From the NCBI GenBank assembly GCA_964016885.1, contig OZ024757.1, forward strand, positions 9,610,001 through 9,674,000: a DNA stretch of 64,000 nt. The letters are read 5' to 3'. Numbering within the stretch: the stretch's first letter is position 1; each line of letters starts with the position of its first letter. The notes under the pieces were generated by a model. The model ran no database searches, had not been told where the DNA came from, and saw nothing but the letters and a program-made list of their open reading frames with translations. A program made the translations under genes and the position numbers. Positions 13,925 to 27,119 of this stretch are shown one piece after another. This DNA comes from Eledone cirrhosa (Eukaryota).

Positions 13925-15555
13925 AGGTAAAGGGGATGCTCTGGAAAGGAGCAATTATAGGGGCATAAAGCTGATGGATCAGGTTATGAAAGTTGCAGAG
14001 AGAATATTAGCGCAACTGATTAGAGAAAGGGTCAGACCAGATAAGATGCAGTTTGGTTTTGTGCCTCGGAAAAGTACAACAGATGCCCTCTTCTTAGTGA
14101 GGCAACTATAAGAGAAGTTCTTAGAGAAGAATAAGCCACTATACTTAGCTTTTGTTGACCTAGAGAAGGCCTTTGATAGGGTACCCCAATCTGTCATCTA
14201 GTGGTCCCTATGGAAACTAGGTGTAGATGAATAGCTTGTGAGGACAGTGCAAGCTATGTACAGGGGTGCTGTCAGTAAAGTGAGAATAAAAATGGAGTTT
14301 AGTGAGGAATTCCAGATACAAGCAGGTGTACATCAAGGTTCGGTCCTCAGCCCACTCTTGTTCATTATAGTCCTCCAAGCCATAACAGAAGTGTTTAAGA
14401 CTGGATGCCCATGGGAACTTCTCTATGCTGATGATCTGGTTCTTATAGCAGAATCAGTAGAGGAGCTAGAGAATAAATTCTGGCTATGGAAACAGCAGTT
14501 GGAATCAATAGGCCTGAGAGTGAACATAGCTTAAACAAAAGTGTTGATGAGTAGAAAAGAGGACAATACTCTGATTCCATCAGGGAAATGGCCATGTTCG
14601 ATATGTGGGAAAGGAACTGGCATAAATTCCATAAAATGTACGCAATGCAGATCTTGGGTAAACAAGAGATGTAGTGGGATAGCAGGCAAACTAACAGGTA
14701 GGGAAAACTAAGTATGCAGTAGATGTACAGGGAAAGTTGGCAGTAGTAATCGCAGTGATAGACACATTTTTCAATGCAGGTGGGTTCTATAGAAGTGGTT
14801 GATAGCTTCCGGTACCTAGGTGATCAGATTAGCATGGGAGGGGGGGTGGGGGTGTTCCAAGGCCATAGTTTCCAGAATAAGGATGGGTTGGAAGAAGTTT
14901 AGGGAGCTGCTTTCTCTGTTGACAAAGAAGGGTTTCTCCCTGCATACGAAAGGACGGTTATATGATGCCTGTTTGAGATGCGCGATGCTGCATGGTAGTA
15001 AGACATGGGCAGCAACTGCAAAAGATATGCGACAGTTGGAGAGAAATGAAGCAAGCATGCTCCATTGGATGTGCAATGTCAACATATGTGAACGACCAAG
15101 CATAGACGAGTTGAGAAGGAAACTATGTATAAGAGGGATAGGTTGTGGTGTGCAGGAGAGAAGAGTGAGATGGTATGGACATGTGATGTGCATGGAGGAT
15201 TACCGCTGGGTAAAGAAGTGCCAAGAAATACCAGTTGAAGGTAGACACAGTAGAGGAAGACCACGACAAACATGGGCGGAGGTGGGGAGAGCAGACCTCA
15301 GATCACTGAAACTCACCGAGGAGATGACGGTGGACCGTAACAAGTGGAGAGATACTGTGCTGAATAAGACCCGTCCCACCCTTGCAAGCTGGTCCATCAG
15401 TTTTATATCCCTATAATTGCTCCTCTCCAGAGTATCCCCTTTACCTTTGTAGCAATTTATGTGACTACTGTCACATAAAGTGGAGAGATGCTGAATAGGA
15501 CTTATTCCATCCTTGCAAGCAGGGAAAAGCGGCCGTAAAATGATGATGATGATGA
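13925..15555 (+). mobile_element. 5'-truncated RTE LINE
   Basis: GVHQGSVLSPLLF, ELLYADDLVL, MLHGSKTW, VRWYGHV; (ATG)n tail at 15540. Confidence 0.92.
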
Positions 15556-15725
15556 TATATATATATACTAGTATTCAAATGTTTAGGGAGAGACCAATAA
15601 CATTGTTAGAAGTCATTGCAGCCTTGAAGAGATGGTTTCAACAAGATTGGGTGTTGAAAGTTATAGTTTTTGTAGTAGGATCTTATCACATAAGGTTCCT
15701 TCAAAGATCCCTCTAGAGTTACAGA

Positions 15726-16041
15726 GTCATTTATATATATGTGTGTGTTTTGAACAATGAAAGTAAAACTAGAGACAAAGATATGTTCTTAATTAGTTCA
15801 CTGTTTTACGATCATTTCAGAGGTTTGATTGATTATGGTAGATTAATATATTGACAAACAGGTAGTTGTTATGTCACTAACTATTTCTAGTCTCAAAATC
15901 CCTGATCAATCACACAGTATCAATATATTGATTTACCATGATCAATCAACCCTCTGAAACGATTGTAAAACAATGAACCATATCTCAGACTTTTGTTTTA
16001 TATTAAATGTTCAATACCCACAAACACACATATATAATTGA
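15726..16041. repeat. Imperfect inverted repeat (foldback/MITE-like)
   Basis: gttcactgttttacgatcatttcagaggtttgattgattatggtagattaatatattga (~15797-15853) pairs with tcaatatattgatttaccatgatcaatcaaccctctgaaacgattgtaaaacaatgaac (~15920-15978); weaker pairing further out. Confidence 0.7.
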
Positions 16042-16049
16042 CAATTTCT

Positions 16050-17655
16050 TTGGAATAATTGATGAGACTTGTGGCTGGAACAAAGTACCAGCCAGACAGA
16101 GGGTGACCTAGTGGTGAAACAGCACAGTAGATAGAGCTATTAACCCTGTAGCATTTACATTACTCTATATTTACTATTATATTTTCATGGTAAAGTCTTT
16201 ATCTCACATAATATTGAATCTATGAGACTTTGATATTACTTATGTTGAGGACAATACATTAACATCAATATGAGCAGCGAGTTACAGCCGGTTTGAACAG
16301 AAAGAAGTGAGAGAATTCTGGCTGGATATGGCCCGTTTAAATGCTAAAGGGTTAAAGACAAGTCACAGGCATAGAAAGACTGGAAAAAATAGGGGCGTCA
16401 GACCAGGACCAGGTAGCTAAGAGAGAAGCTAGAAGACAGGTATACATAACACAGAGAGAGGCTGAAAAAAGAAAGTTTGCCAATGTCTTGAGACATGAGA
16501 ATTGCAAGACAGGGAAAGGTGTGTTAGAAATGACACTGGTACACTTAGCACCACTGATGCTCAAAAGAAAGAGGCCTGGAAATGTTACTATGAGAGATTG
16601 ATGAATGCAGAGAATAAATTAAGAAGCAATCTTAGACTTTTGTTTTATGTTCATTGTTCAACACACATACACATATAATTGACATTCTCTTTGGAATTAC
16701 TGATGAAACTTGTTAGTGACACAACTACAAGAGAGGTTCCTAGCCAAGATTAAGCTGCAATATTTAGCTTTTATAGATATAGAAAAGGCCTTTGGCAGAG
16801 TACCTTACTCTATTATCTGGTGGTCCTTCAGAAAATTAGGTGAAGAATGGCTTGTGAAGGCAGTGCAAGCCATGTACAGAGGAGCTGTCAGTAAAGTGAG
16901 AGTAAGAAGGGAGTTTAGTGAGGAATTCAATGTACAGGTAGGTGTTCATCATGGTTCAGTTCACAACCCACTGCTGTTCTTCATAGTTCTCCAGGCCATA
17001 ACCAATGGGTTTAAGACTGTCTGTTCATGGGAAACAGTCTAATGTGAATGATCTGGTCCTTATAGCTGAATCCATAAAAGAACTAGAGAATAAGTGACCC
17101 TACTGCGCATGTAGGAAAGAAGTAGGCATAAACTGTACACAATGATAGCTTCCGCTATCTAGGTAACCTAATTAGCAGCAGAGGAGGGTGCCTCGTAAGA
17201 GAGGATAGGATTGTAGTTTAGAGAGCTACTTACACTGTTGGCAAATACAGGTTTCTCCCTACGTACAAAGATGTTGGCTGTACAATGCTTGTGTGTAAAG
17301 TGCAATATTGCATGGAAGTGAAACATGGGCAGTAACTGCAGAAGACATGCATAAGCTGGAGAGAAATGGAGCAACCATGCTTCGTTGGATGTGCAACGTA
17401 AATGTGAGAGGAAGGCAGAGCTTGGATAAATTGAGGAAGAAATTGGTAATCACTGGTTAAAGAAGTGCCACGGAAAACCATAGAAGGGAAGCCATACTAG
17501 AGGGAGCCGAGGGTAGATGTGGTGAGAGCTGATCTCAAATTGCTGAGACTCACAGATGACGAAGGAACAAGCGAGTGGGGAGATGTTGTGCTTAAAAGGA
17601 CCCATCCAACCCATGCCAGGATTGAAAAACGGACGTAAAACTATGATGGTGTAGA
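16050..17655 (+). mobile_element. Old fragmented RTE LINE
   Basis: YLAFIDIEKAFGRVP, VGVHHGSVHNPLLF and decayed downstream motifs. Confidence 0.85.
16144..16351. mobile_element. piggyBac-type MITE inside an RTE
   Basis: TTAA|ccctgtagcattta ... taaatgctaaaggg|TTAA; the RTE sequence resumes across the TTAA. Confidence 0.8.
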
Positions 17656-18976
17656 TGAAGTAAATTAAATCAGAATAGATTTAGACTAAAACGAACAAAA
17701 CATCCCTGAAACAACAAGCTACAGCTAAATATAAACTATATTTTATAATGTAAGGTAGTGAACCACATAATTAAATGAACAGAGGTAATTTAAATAATAA
17801 AGATATCTTTAATTTACTTAAAGCAATGACAAGGTACAGCTAAATATAAAATATATGCCCCCCTCCACTATTACTCCCTAGCAGCTCTCATCTCCACTAA
17901 ATACCCCCACTCCATCCATGCCCCCCTCCACTAGTACTCCCTAGTAGCTCTCCTCATCTCCACTAGATACCCCACTCCATCCATGCCACCTCCCTCTAGT
18001 AGTTATCCCTTAGCTTCTGTCTCCCCCACTATAAACACTTAGAACCCTTCACTATCACACCTTAGTAGCTACCAAGCCCCCTTCCCTATCACTCTGCTAT
18101 TCTCTCCATCACTACACCTCCCCATTTCTGACATTGGTGAGTGCCAACCCCACCACTTTGGTGTTCTCATCCTCATGGAAAAAGACAGGAGACAGGTGAA
18201 GAGGACCCTTCAGTGGTGTCAAAGACAGGCCAATGTTCCTAGTGTTGGAGATCTACAAGATAAACACACCCACTACATGCTATAAAGTTGGTGCTAGGAA
18301 GGGTATCCAGCCATAGAAATCTTGCCATACAAAGTGCTGGGAGGACCCTTCACTTGTGTTAAAGACATGAAAACCTCTCCTGTGCACTTGATAGTATGTG
18401 AGATCATACATAAGAGAGATAACAGACTGCTAACCATCCTGGAAGGTCAGCAGCCATGCATCAGTACTGACTTAGTCTATCTATACTCATCTATCCCTTA
18501 CTAGCAAGGTAAGAAGACATTAAAACGATGATGATGATAATATATATATATGTGTTTGTAGTAAAAGAAATGTTTTCCCAGTGTTCTCTTATGGACATGG
18601 CCACCACGAAGTGACCTGCGACTTTGTAGAAAAGACAACAGATAAACTTTCTGGGGCTAGGTTTTACAACACCATTCCTACAAAGGAGAACATATTCTGG
18701 GGCCATCTGTTATTTATCAAAAATAACTAGCTGTCATTATAAATAGTCTGTCCTGTGGTCCTAACTCAGTTATCTGCCTCTTAATATAAACAACACAGCT
18801 CCCTTGCCACTGCTTACTACTACCTCTACTGGTACATACTGTCTGACTACAACTTGTCAATGTTTAATCAAACATAGCATATTAAACAAAGATTCTCCAG
18901 CACAACACAGGAGCCTTATTATACAACACTATATTCATTTGTAAATACTACAATCAAACTTTATATTTATGATATG

Positions 18977-19166
18977 AGGGTGGTGAATTGGCAGTATCGG
19001 TAGAGGGTTGGCTGCCATGCTTTCTAGCATAGTTACATCCCTTTAGTGTCTGAGTTCAAATCCCGCCGAGGTTAACTTTGCTTTTCATCCTTATGGGGTC
19101 GATAAAATAAAGTACCAGTAATGTACTGGGTATTTGCTGGCCTTGTGCCTAAAGTAGAAACAATTA
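18977..19166 (+). mobile_element. tRNA-derived SINE (family 1)
   Basis: Near-identical to 5820-6008. Confidence 0.85.
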
Positions 19167-19424
19167 TATTTATGATTTGAAGTAATAAGATTTTTTTACC
19201 TTTTTGCTGAAGTAACTTATATCTAACCAGAATTATTGGTATTTGTCTTGTTTATCATCCTCTTTCATAACAACCACTAACTTCCCTTCATGTCTACACA
19301 CAGCCACATGTCTAATTCTCTTAATGTAAAACGTTTAAAAGTGAGTTGGCTGCTATTTCTAGCACATCGAGTAACAAGGTAAGAGACTGCTTCGTTGATA
19401 TGTAATAATTATTTTATTGGGTGA

Positions 19425-20540
<1,116 letters not shown>

Positions 20541-20637
20541 TATACACATACATATATATTTGTATGTATATATTTGTGTGTGTGTGTGTGTGTGTGTATA
20601 CAGAAATAAAATATACACTACTTAATTATATATATAT

Positions 20638-20914
20638 ATTCTCAGACCGGGTGATGTGTTGTTTCCTTGAGCAAGACACTTTATTTCACATTGCTCCAGT
20701 TTACTCAGCTGTAGAAATGAGATGATAGGACTGGGGTCCCTATCATTCCACTGCAAAGTGGTCGTGGAGGTGCCACGGCAAACAAAGCACCCAGCACTCA
20801 CTGTAAATGAGGTTAGTGTTAGGAAGGGCATCCAGCTGTAGAAATCAAGCCAGAATCAGTTCCTGTCCCACCCTAGCAAGCAGGGAAAAGCGCATGTAAA
20901 AGGATGATGATGAT
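20638..20914 (+). mobile_element. 5'-truncated SINE (family 2) with RTE tail
   Basis: Same sequence as 13560-13900 and 49641-50019, starting at attctcagaccggg. Confidence 0.85.
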
Positions 20915-21193
20915 ATATACATATATATATATTTGTATGTATATATTTCTGTGTGTGTATACAGAAATAATATATACCCTACTTAATTATATATATATAT
21001 ACAACATATCAAAATAAATCAAATAAATTTAACAAACGACTGAATCTACCGAAATAGAATATTTTATTTATTTATAATTTGGTGATAAACAATATTTTTA
21101 GTAAAAGTAATTCTTCTCTTTTTCACACTTTCTTTCTTTCCCTCCTTTTCCCCCATACACACACACATATATATATATATATGTGTGTGTGTG

Positions 21194-21265
<72 letters not shown>

Positions 21266-21299
21266 TGCATATATATATACACAAGGGTATAAACTGGTA

Positions 21300-21517
21300 G
21301 TGTAAAGTGATAGAGTTGCTGCCACAATAAAATACACCTTGTTCACTCTGTAAAGTAGTCATGAGGATTCCACAATAAAATGCACCCCGTCCACTCTGTA
21401 AAGTGGTTGTCATTGAAAACGTCACCAGCAATGTCTGATCTTGTTCCATGACAACACAACCCATCCAACTAATGTTAGAATGGAACACAGATATAAGATG
21501 ATGATAATGATGATGAT
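21300..21517 (+). mobile_element. RTE 3' tail remnant
   Basis: cactctgtaaagtgg repeats and an (ATG)n end. Confidence 0.6.
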
Positions 21518-21522
21518 AGAGA

Positions 21523-21728
21523 CTAGTTTTCCACTGAATCTAGACAACGAAGAGCCTCAAAACAGTCTTTTACTTTTAGAGCTTCTTTCAGAGTGGCTAT
21601 GGTGCATTCTTCTGGTTTACTAATTTCACACCATCTGCGTAACATATGAAAAGCCTGTTTCACAACACTCTTAGGATTGTCATGCTCTATTGGGTCAAGT
21701 TCAATAGATGGAACTTCTAATTGAATAC
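21523..21728 (-). CDS. Terminal coding exon of a death-domain protein
   Basis: Acceptor ttttatattttacag|; phase-1 open frame (G)IQLEVPSIELDPIEHDNPKSVVKQAFHMLRRWCEISKPEECTIATLKEALKVKDCFEALRCLDSVEN*. It shows the death-domain pattern I..IE.DNP....Q...ML..W.....T...L..AL. Confidence 0.78.
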
Positions 21729-22196
21729 CTGTAAAATATAAAACAATAAGAAACCAATACTACAACAACAACAACAACATTAAACAGATTAGTTATATAA
21801 AACATCTATACCACAGGTTGTTGTAAATAACAAAGTAACTAACTGTAGAGTAATAGAAATAACTAACATAAAAATTCTAATATATTGTTGTATGTTTCCA
21901 AGGATACCGACAAAAATAAAGAAGTTGAAGTGAGGAGAAGAAAGAAGAACAAGATTAAAGAAAATAGACTGAGAAAATTATGGCAAAGAAATGGCAGAAG
22001 TTTTTGTATTGTCAGAACTTGTTCAGAATTTAAATATCCAACATTGATAACCAACATTCACAACATGTCATCCATAGGAAAGGTTTAAAGGATGAGATTG
22101 AAGACCCCTCAATAACATCACAAGATCAGTGTCTGAAATAGTCATGGTTCTGCCTAAAATCTACCAAGACATCAATGACAAGTGACAAATATTTCC

Positions 22197-23510
22197 TCAT
22201 CATCATCATCATCATTTTACATCCTCTTTTCCCTGCTTGCAAGGGTAGGACGGGTCCTATTCATCATCTCTCCATTCGTCACGGTCCTTTGTCATCTACT
22301 CTTATGAGCTTCAGCGATCTGAGGTCTGCTCTCACCACCTCCGCCCATGTTTTTTGTGGTCTTCCTCTACAGTGTCTTCCTTCCACTAGGATATCTTGGC
22401 ACTTCATTACTCAGCAATCACCCACCATGCGCATCACACATCCATACCAACACAGTCTTCTCTCCTGCACACTACATCTTATCCCTCTTATACACAGTTT
22501 CTCTCTCAACTCGTCTATGCTGGGTCATTCACACTCATTGACATTGCACATCCAACGGTGCATGCTTGCTTCATTTATCTCCGGCCGTCACATTTCCTCC
22601 ACAGTTGCTGCAAATATCTCACTATGATGCAGCATCACACATCTCACACAGCCATCATATAACCAGCCTTTCATTCGTAGGGAGAAACCCTTCTTCAACA
22701 GCAGAGGAAGCAGCTCCCTAAACTTCTTCCAACCCATCCTATTCTAGATACGATGGCCTCAGAGCACCCTCCTCCCATATTAATCTGATCACCTAGGTAT
22801 CAGAAGCTATCAACTAACTCTGTAGATCCTACCTCCATTTGAAAAATGTGTCTATCACTGCGACTTCTACTGTCAAATTTCCCTTACATCTACTGCATAC
22901 GTAGTTTTCCCTACCTGTTAGTTTGCCTGCTATCCCACTACATCTCTTGAGTTCGCAAGATCTGCATTGCTTACATTTTATACATATCGAACATGACCAT
23001 TTCCCTGGTCGAATCAGAATTTTGTCCTCTTTTCTACTCATCAACACTTTTGTCTTAGCTAGGTTAACTCTCAGTCTTCTTGGTTCCAACTACTGTTTCT
23101 ATAGCCAGAATTTATTCTCTAGCTCCTCTACTGATTCTGCTATAAGAACCAGATCGTCAGCATAGAGAAGTTCCCATGGACAGCCAGTCTTAAACTCCTC
23201 TGTTATGACTTGGAGGACTATAATGAACAAGAGCGGACTGAGGACCGAACCCTGATGTACACCTACTTATATCTTGAATTCCTCACTAAACTCCATTCCT
23301 ACCCTCACTTTACTGACAGCATCCCTGTACATAGCTTGCACTGTCCTCACAAGCCATTCCACTACACCTAGTTTCCTTAGGGACCACCAGATGACAGATC
23401 GGGGTTCTCTATCAAAGGCCTCCTCTAGGTCAACAAAAGCTAAGTATAGTAGTTTATTCTTCTCTAAGAAGCTCTCTTGTAGTTGTCTCACTAAGAAGAG
23501 GGCATCCTTG
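22197..23510 (-). mobile_element. 5'-truncated RTE LINE inside the death-domain gene intron
   Basis: DALFLVRQLQE, YLAFVDLEEAFDR and DNA for LLYADDLVL; (ATG)n tail at 22197. Confidence 0.92.
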
Positions 23511-24145
23511 CTGCTAAATTTAATGGACATGTTGAGTAGCACCAAGGTGACTCTTTTGGAGTACATGATGGCTAGAGGTATGGCTTGAGGGATCAAGACT
23601 CCTACAGTTCTGTGGTGTAAATGACTTCAAGGTATCAGCCAGTCATTTGATCAGGTAGAAATACAAGCTAGATTAACTTTATTCTCATCAGAAAACAAAT
23701 AGACAGATGGTTGTGAACATTAAATCTTTTTCCAGAGAAGGAAGCCTTTGATAGAGAGTGTGGACAAAGGAAGACCATAACCTTAACAATAAGACTACAC
23801 CATCTCATAAGACCAAGATTACTGAAGAATGAAGGAGTAACAATCTCTAGGAATAATGTAGGGTGGTCACACCTGGAACACCCTCCATTATATATCTGCA
23901 GATCATGGCAGAACCGAGACTAAATAACAATAACAACCGATCTGTAAATTGAATATGTTTCAATAAAAACAAACAAAAACATTCCCATTAACTCACTTGT
24001 TTACCCCAATACACCAACAGATGTTTATTCCCTGTTTTAGAAGACAATATCAGTTATATTGTGTCTTCTAATTTATCAATTTTTACCAATTCAGTTAAAA
24101 GTAAACTTTATAGAAATCAACAAGATACTGTAATCTTATACTCAC

Positions 24146-24217
24146 CAACTAAATACCATTTTCCCACTAACAGTTCTGCTACCTTACAAAGGACTTTCTC
24201 ATTCGGCTTTTGAGACC
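24146..24217 (-). CDS. Penultimate exon of the death-domain protein
   Basis: atattttttcag|72 nt|gtgagt, phase 1-1; encodes SQKPNEKVLCKVAELLVGKWYLV(G) and splices in frame to 21728. Confidence 0.75.
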
Positions 24218-24794
24218 CTGAAAAAATATTTCACAGTTTTTTTTATTTTACTGTAAAGATTTTCTATTCCTGTTTATAATCTATATTTTATATTTTCAGA
24301 CATTCCTATCATCAGAAGTCAACTAGTGATCACAATGGCTTTAGTCAATATTTTCTCTTCTTGTTATATCAGGTCATATCTGAGTATTTAGGCTCACGAT
24401 AAAATATGTTAAACTTTATAAATATTTTCTATCTATAAAAACATCTTATATTACATTATTGTAATTATCTCATTCCACTATCAGCTGATTATACATTTGT
24501 TTTTCTCATAGCTTTGTCTTTCACTTATGCCAAATCTACAATATAGCATCACTGTCCTCTCATCTCTGTATTTTACTAATAAATATTCTGCTGTTTATTT
24601 TCTTCTTATTTCTAATATCAGCCAAGTTGGTTATCAAAGACCTAGCCACAAATTCATGATAGCCTACATGAAATAGGAGTAGATACACCTGCTTTCCTTG
24701 AGAAAGGTCGATGTTGGCAATCTTTAATTTAAACTGACCACATCTGTGTTCACCAGAATGTCATCTGATTCATGTAATATTTACAAATATTTAC

Positions 24795-25832
24795 ATGTCA
24801 CGTGTCCTCCATAATGATACAGGATTTTATCGGTGAGCACTGATTATTCTATACAGATGAGAAGGAAAGTGATAACAGGTGTCCTAAAACACTGTACACT
24901 TACACAAATCCTCATTAGCTACCTTTAACAAGTCATCTTTACATTACTGCTGTGAAAATATCTGAAAGGGATCCATGAAATGACCCCAACATTATAAATT
25001 ATCTCCTACAGACCCCTTATATAAATAAATCATAGTTTCTCAAATCTTTGCTGACCCCTCCATCAATACAGTGGACATCAGTAGCAGGGAGAAGCCAACT
25101 ACCTGAAAATTTGAGGAAGTAGAAGTTACACCTGTCTTTTAGACATTGTCAGTTCTAACAATGAGTGTTCCAATTGTTTGAATAACAGAACAGTTTACTC
25201 ATGTAATTAAGGTGCAAATGGCTGAGTATTCCATAGACATGTACACTCGTAGCGTAATTCTCAGGGAGATTCAGTATAGCACAGTGTGTGACAAGCTGAT
25301 CCTTTTAATTACAGGTACAGTCCATCTTGTATTATAGTGAGAGTGGCTGAGTATTCCACAGACATATGTTCTCTTAACGTGATTCTAAGGGAGATTCAGT
25401 GATATGTTGTATGTGATATAGCTGGACCATTGAATTACAGTAACAATAACGGTCACCATTATTATAATTCTCAGGGAGATTCAGCATAACAAAGTATGAA
25501 ACAAAGCTGGCCTTTTGAATTACAAATACAACTCATTTTCCCATCTAAGTAGACTGAAGTAACATGAAATAAACTGTCTTGTTCAAAGGTACAATATGTT
25601 CCTGGGAATTGAACTCAGAACCTTATGATCATGAGACAAACACACTAACCACTAAGTCATGAATGGAAATATACAGACAGACTATCAAATAATTACTTAC
25701 TAAATTCATCCACCGTACATACACTGTGTACAATGTTCAATTGTGGAACAACATTTTCCACAATCAACTTTATGTTGACATGGATTGGATGTATTGGTGG
25801 CTTTATTAATCTGACATGGGGGACATACAGCT
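24795..25832 (-). pseudogene. Possible decayed exons of a Cys-rich vWF/mucin-like gene
   Basis: AG/GT-bounded segments 25701-25832 (AVCPPCQ..PCQHKVDCGKCCSTIEHCTQCMYGG*), 24904-25102 (GSWLLP..C ... CWGHFMDPF...CKDDLL, with stops) and ~24795-24848 (NNQCSPIKSC). Confidence 0.3.
25195..25660 (-). mobile_element. Old SINE with internally repeated tail segment
   Basis: The + strand has gaaataaactgtcttgttcaa..gaattgaactc..ctaaccactaag and three ctcagggagattcag-like units. Confidence 0.7.
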
Positions 25833-26239
25833 CTGTAAAAGAAAATAAAGATACAACCCACCAACAACATTAATTTACACCAAATATGACATTGTATACA
25901 AGTTTACAGAGATTATGTGTGAAGGGTACAACAACCTCTCTAGTATTGGTGACATGATAAAATACAACCAGTACACTCTGTAATGTGGTTGGTAATAGGA
26001 AGGGCTTCCTGTCATACAAAACCTTCCAAACAAAGGATAGAGAGGATTCTGTAGTGGTTTCAAAGACATGAGAACATCCCTAGTGCTGGTGCCATGATTA
26101 AATCAGCAGTGCCTTTCATGATGATGATGATGCTGATTTATAATAAAAGGTGAGATTTGAACTCAGAACGTTCAGGGCCATAACTCTATGCCGCAAAGCA
26201 TGGTGTGTGATGCTCTACTGATACTGCCAATCCATAATC

Positions 26240-26545
26240 AATAATAATAATGAAAATTATTGTGTACAATGCTCAGGTGCACTACAACTCATCAAAGGTG
26301 CATGTATTGTACATAGAGTAATGTAGAAATATCAGGAAAGTGAACAGTGATTGAGTCATGATATACACACACATGCGTGCATGTATGGAGGTGAGAATAT
26401 CAGGTGTAGTGTTGGAGAATTTCAGGAAGGATGGAGGTGTTAAAGGTTGCAGTGTCCTGACAGCTACCAACTGATGCAGGTAGTTGGTTCCATGCTTCAG
26501 TAACTCTGAGCATGAGAAGATGTTTCTGAAAGTCATGGGGTCTGT
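26240..26545 (-). mobile_element. CR1/L2-like LINE 3' end
   Basis: Minus strand encodes HDFQKHLLMLRVTEAWNQLPASVGSC, the RV...WN.LP terminal motif. Confidence 0.7.
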
Positions 26546-27119
26546 ACTGTTTTCCTGCTATTTCTTGGCTTAAAGCAGAAATCAGTTGTCGAACTTCCGC
26601 AACTTCTGTATTGAGGGTCTATTTTTGAAAATTTTCTTATTTTACGTCTTTCATATAATTGTTCTGCATCCTCCTGCATTGAACCACCTAGGTACTATGA
26701 CATAACTTATGTATTTGCTAGCATTAGTGTACATCTGTACGCATATGTTGGTAAATATACTAATTCTCTATATTTATCTCCAAATTATTTATTTGTTGAG
26801 CAAACTTGCCAAATCCACTACTAATTCATTGTAGTGGTAGTAAGCTTTTGTCATTATACCACCCCACTCCTTCTGACTAGCCTCAGTGTCACATGATTGA
26901 TTCTTTAGAATCTGCCATTTGACCAGAGACAGTGAACTTTTTCAGTGCTATGGAATTCAGTCCCCGCTAGCTGTTCCATCCACCGAATTATTATTTTTAT
27001 ATGAATCCCTAGTGTCCGCGCATTGCCTGGAGACTTAGCTGAGAATAGACTCCCTGATGACGTAATGAATTCTCAATGGTTACATTGCGTAACTATCTTT
27101 ATCCCATTACAGAAACTAA

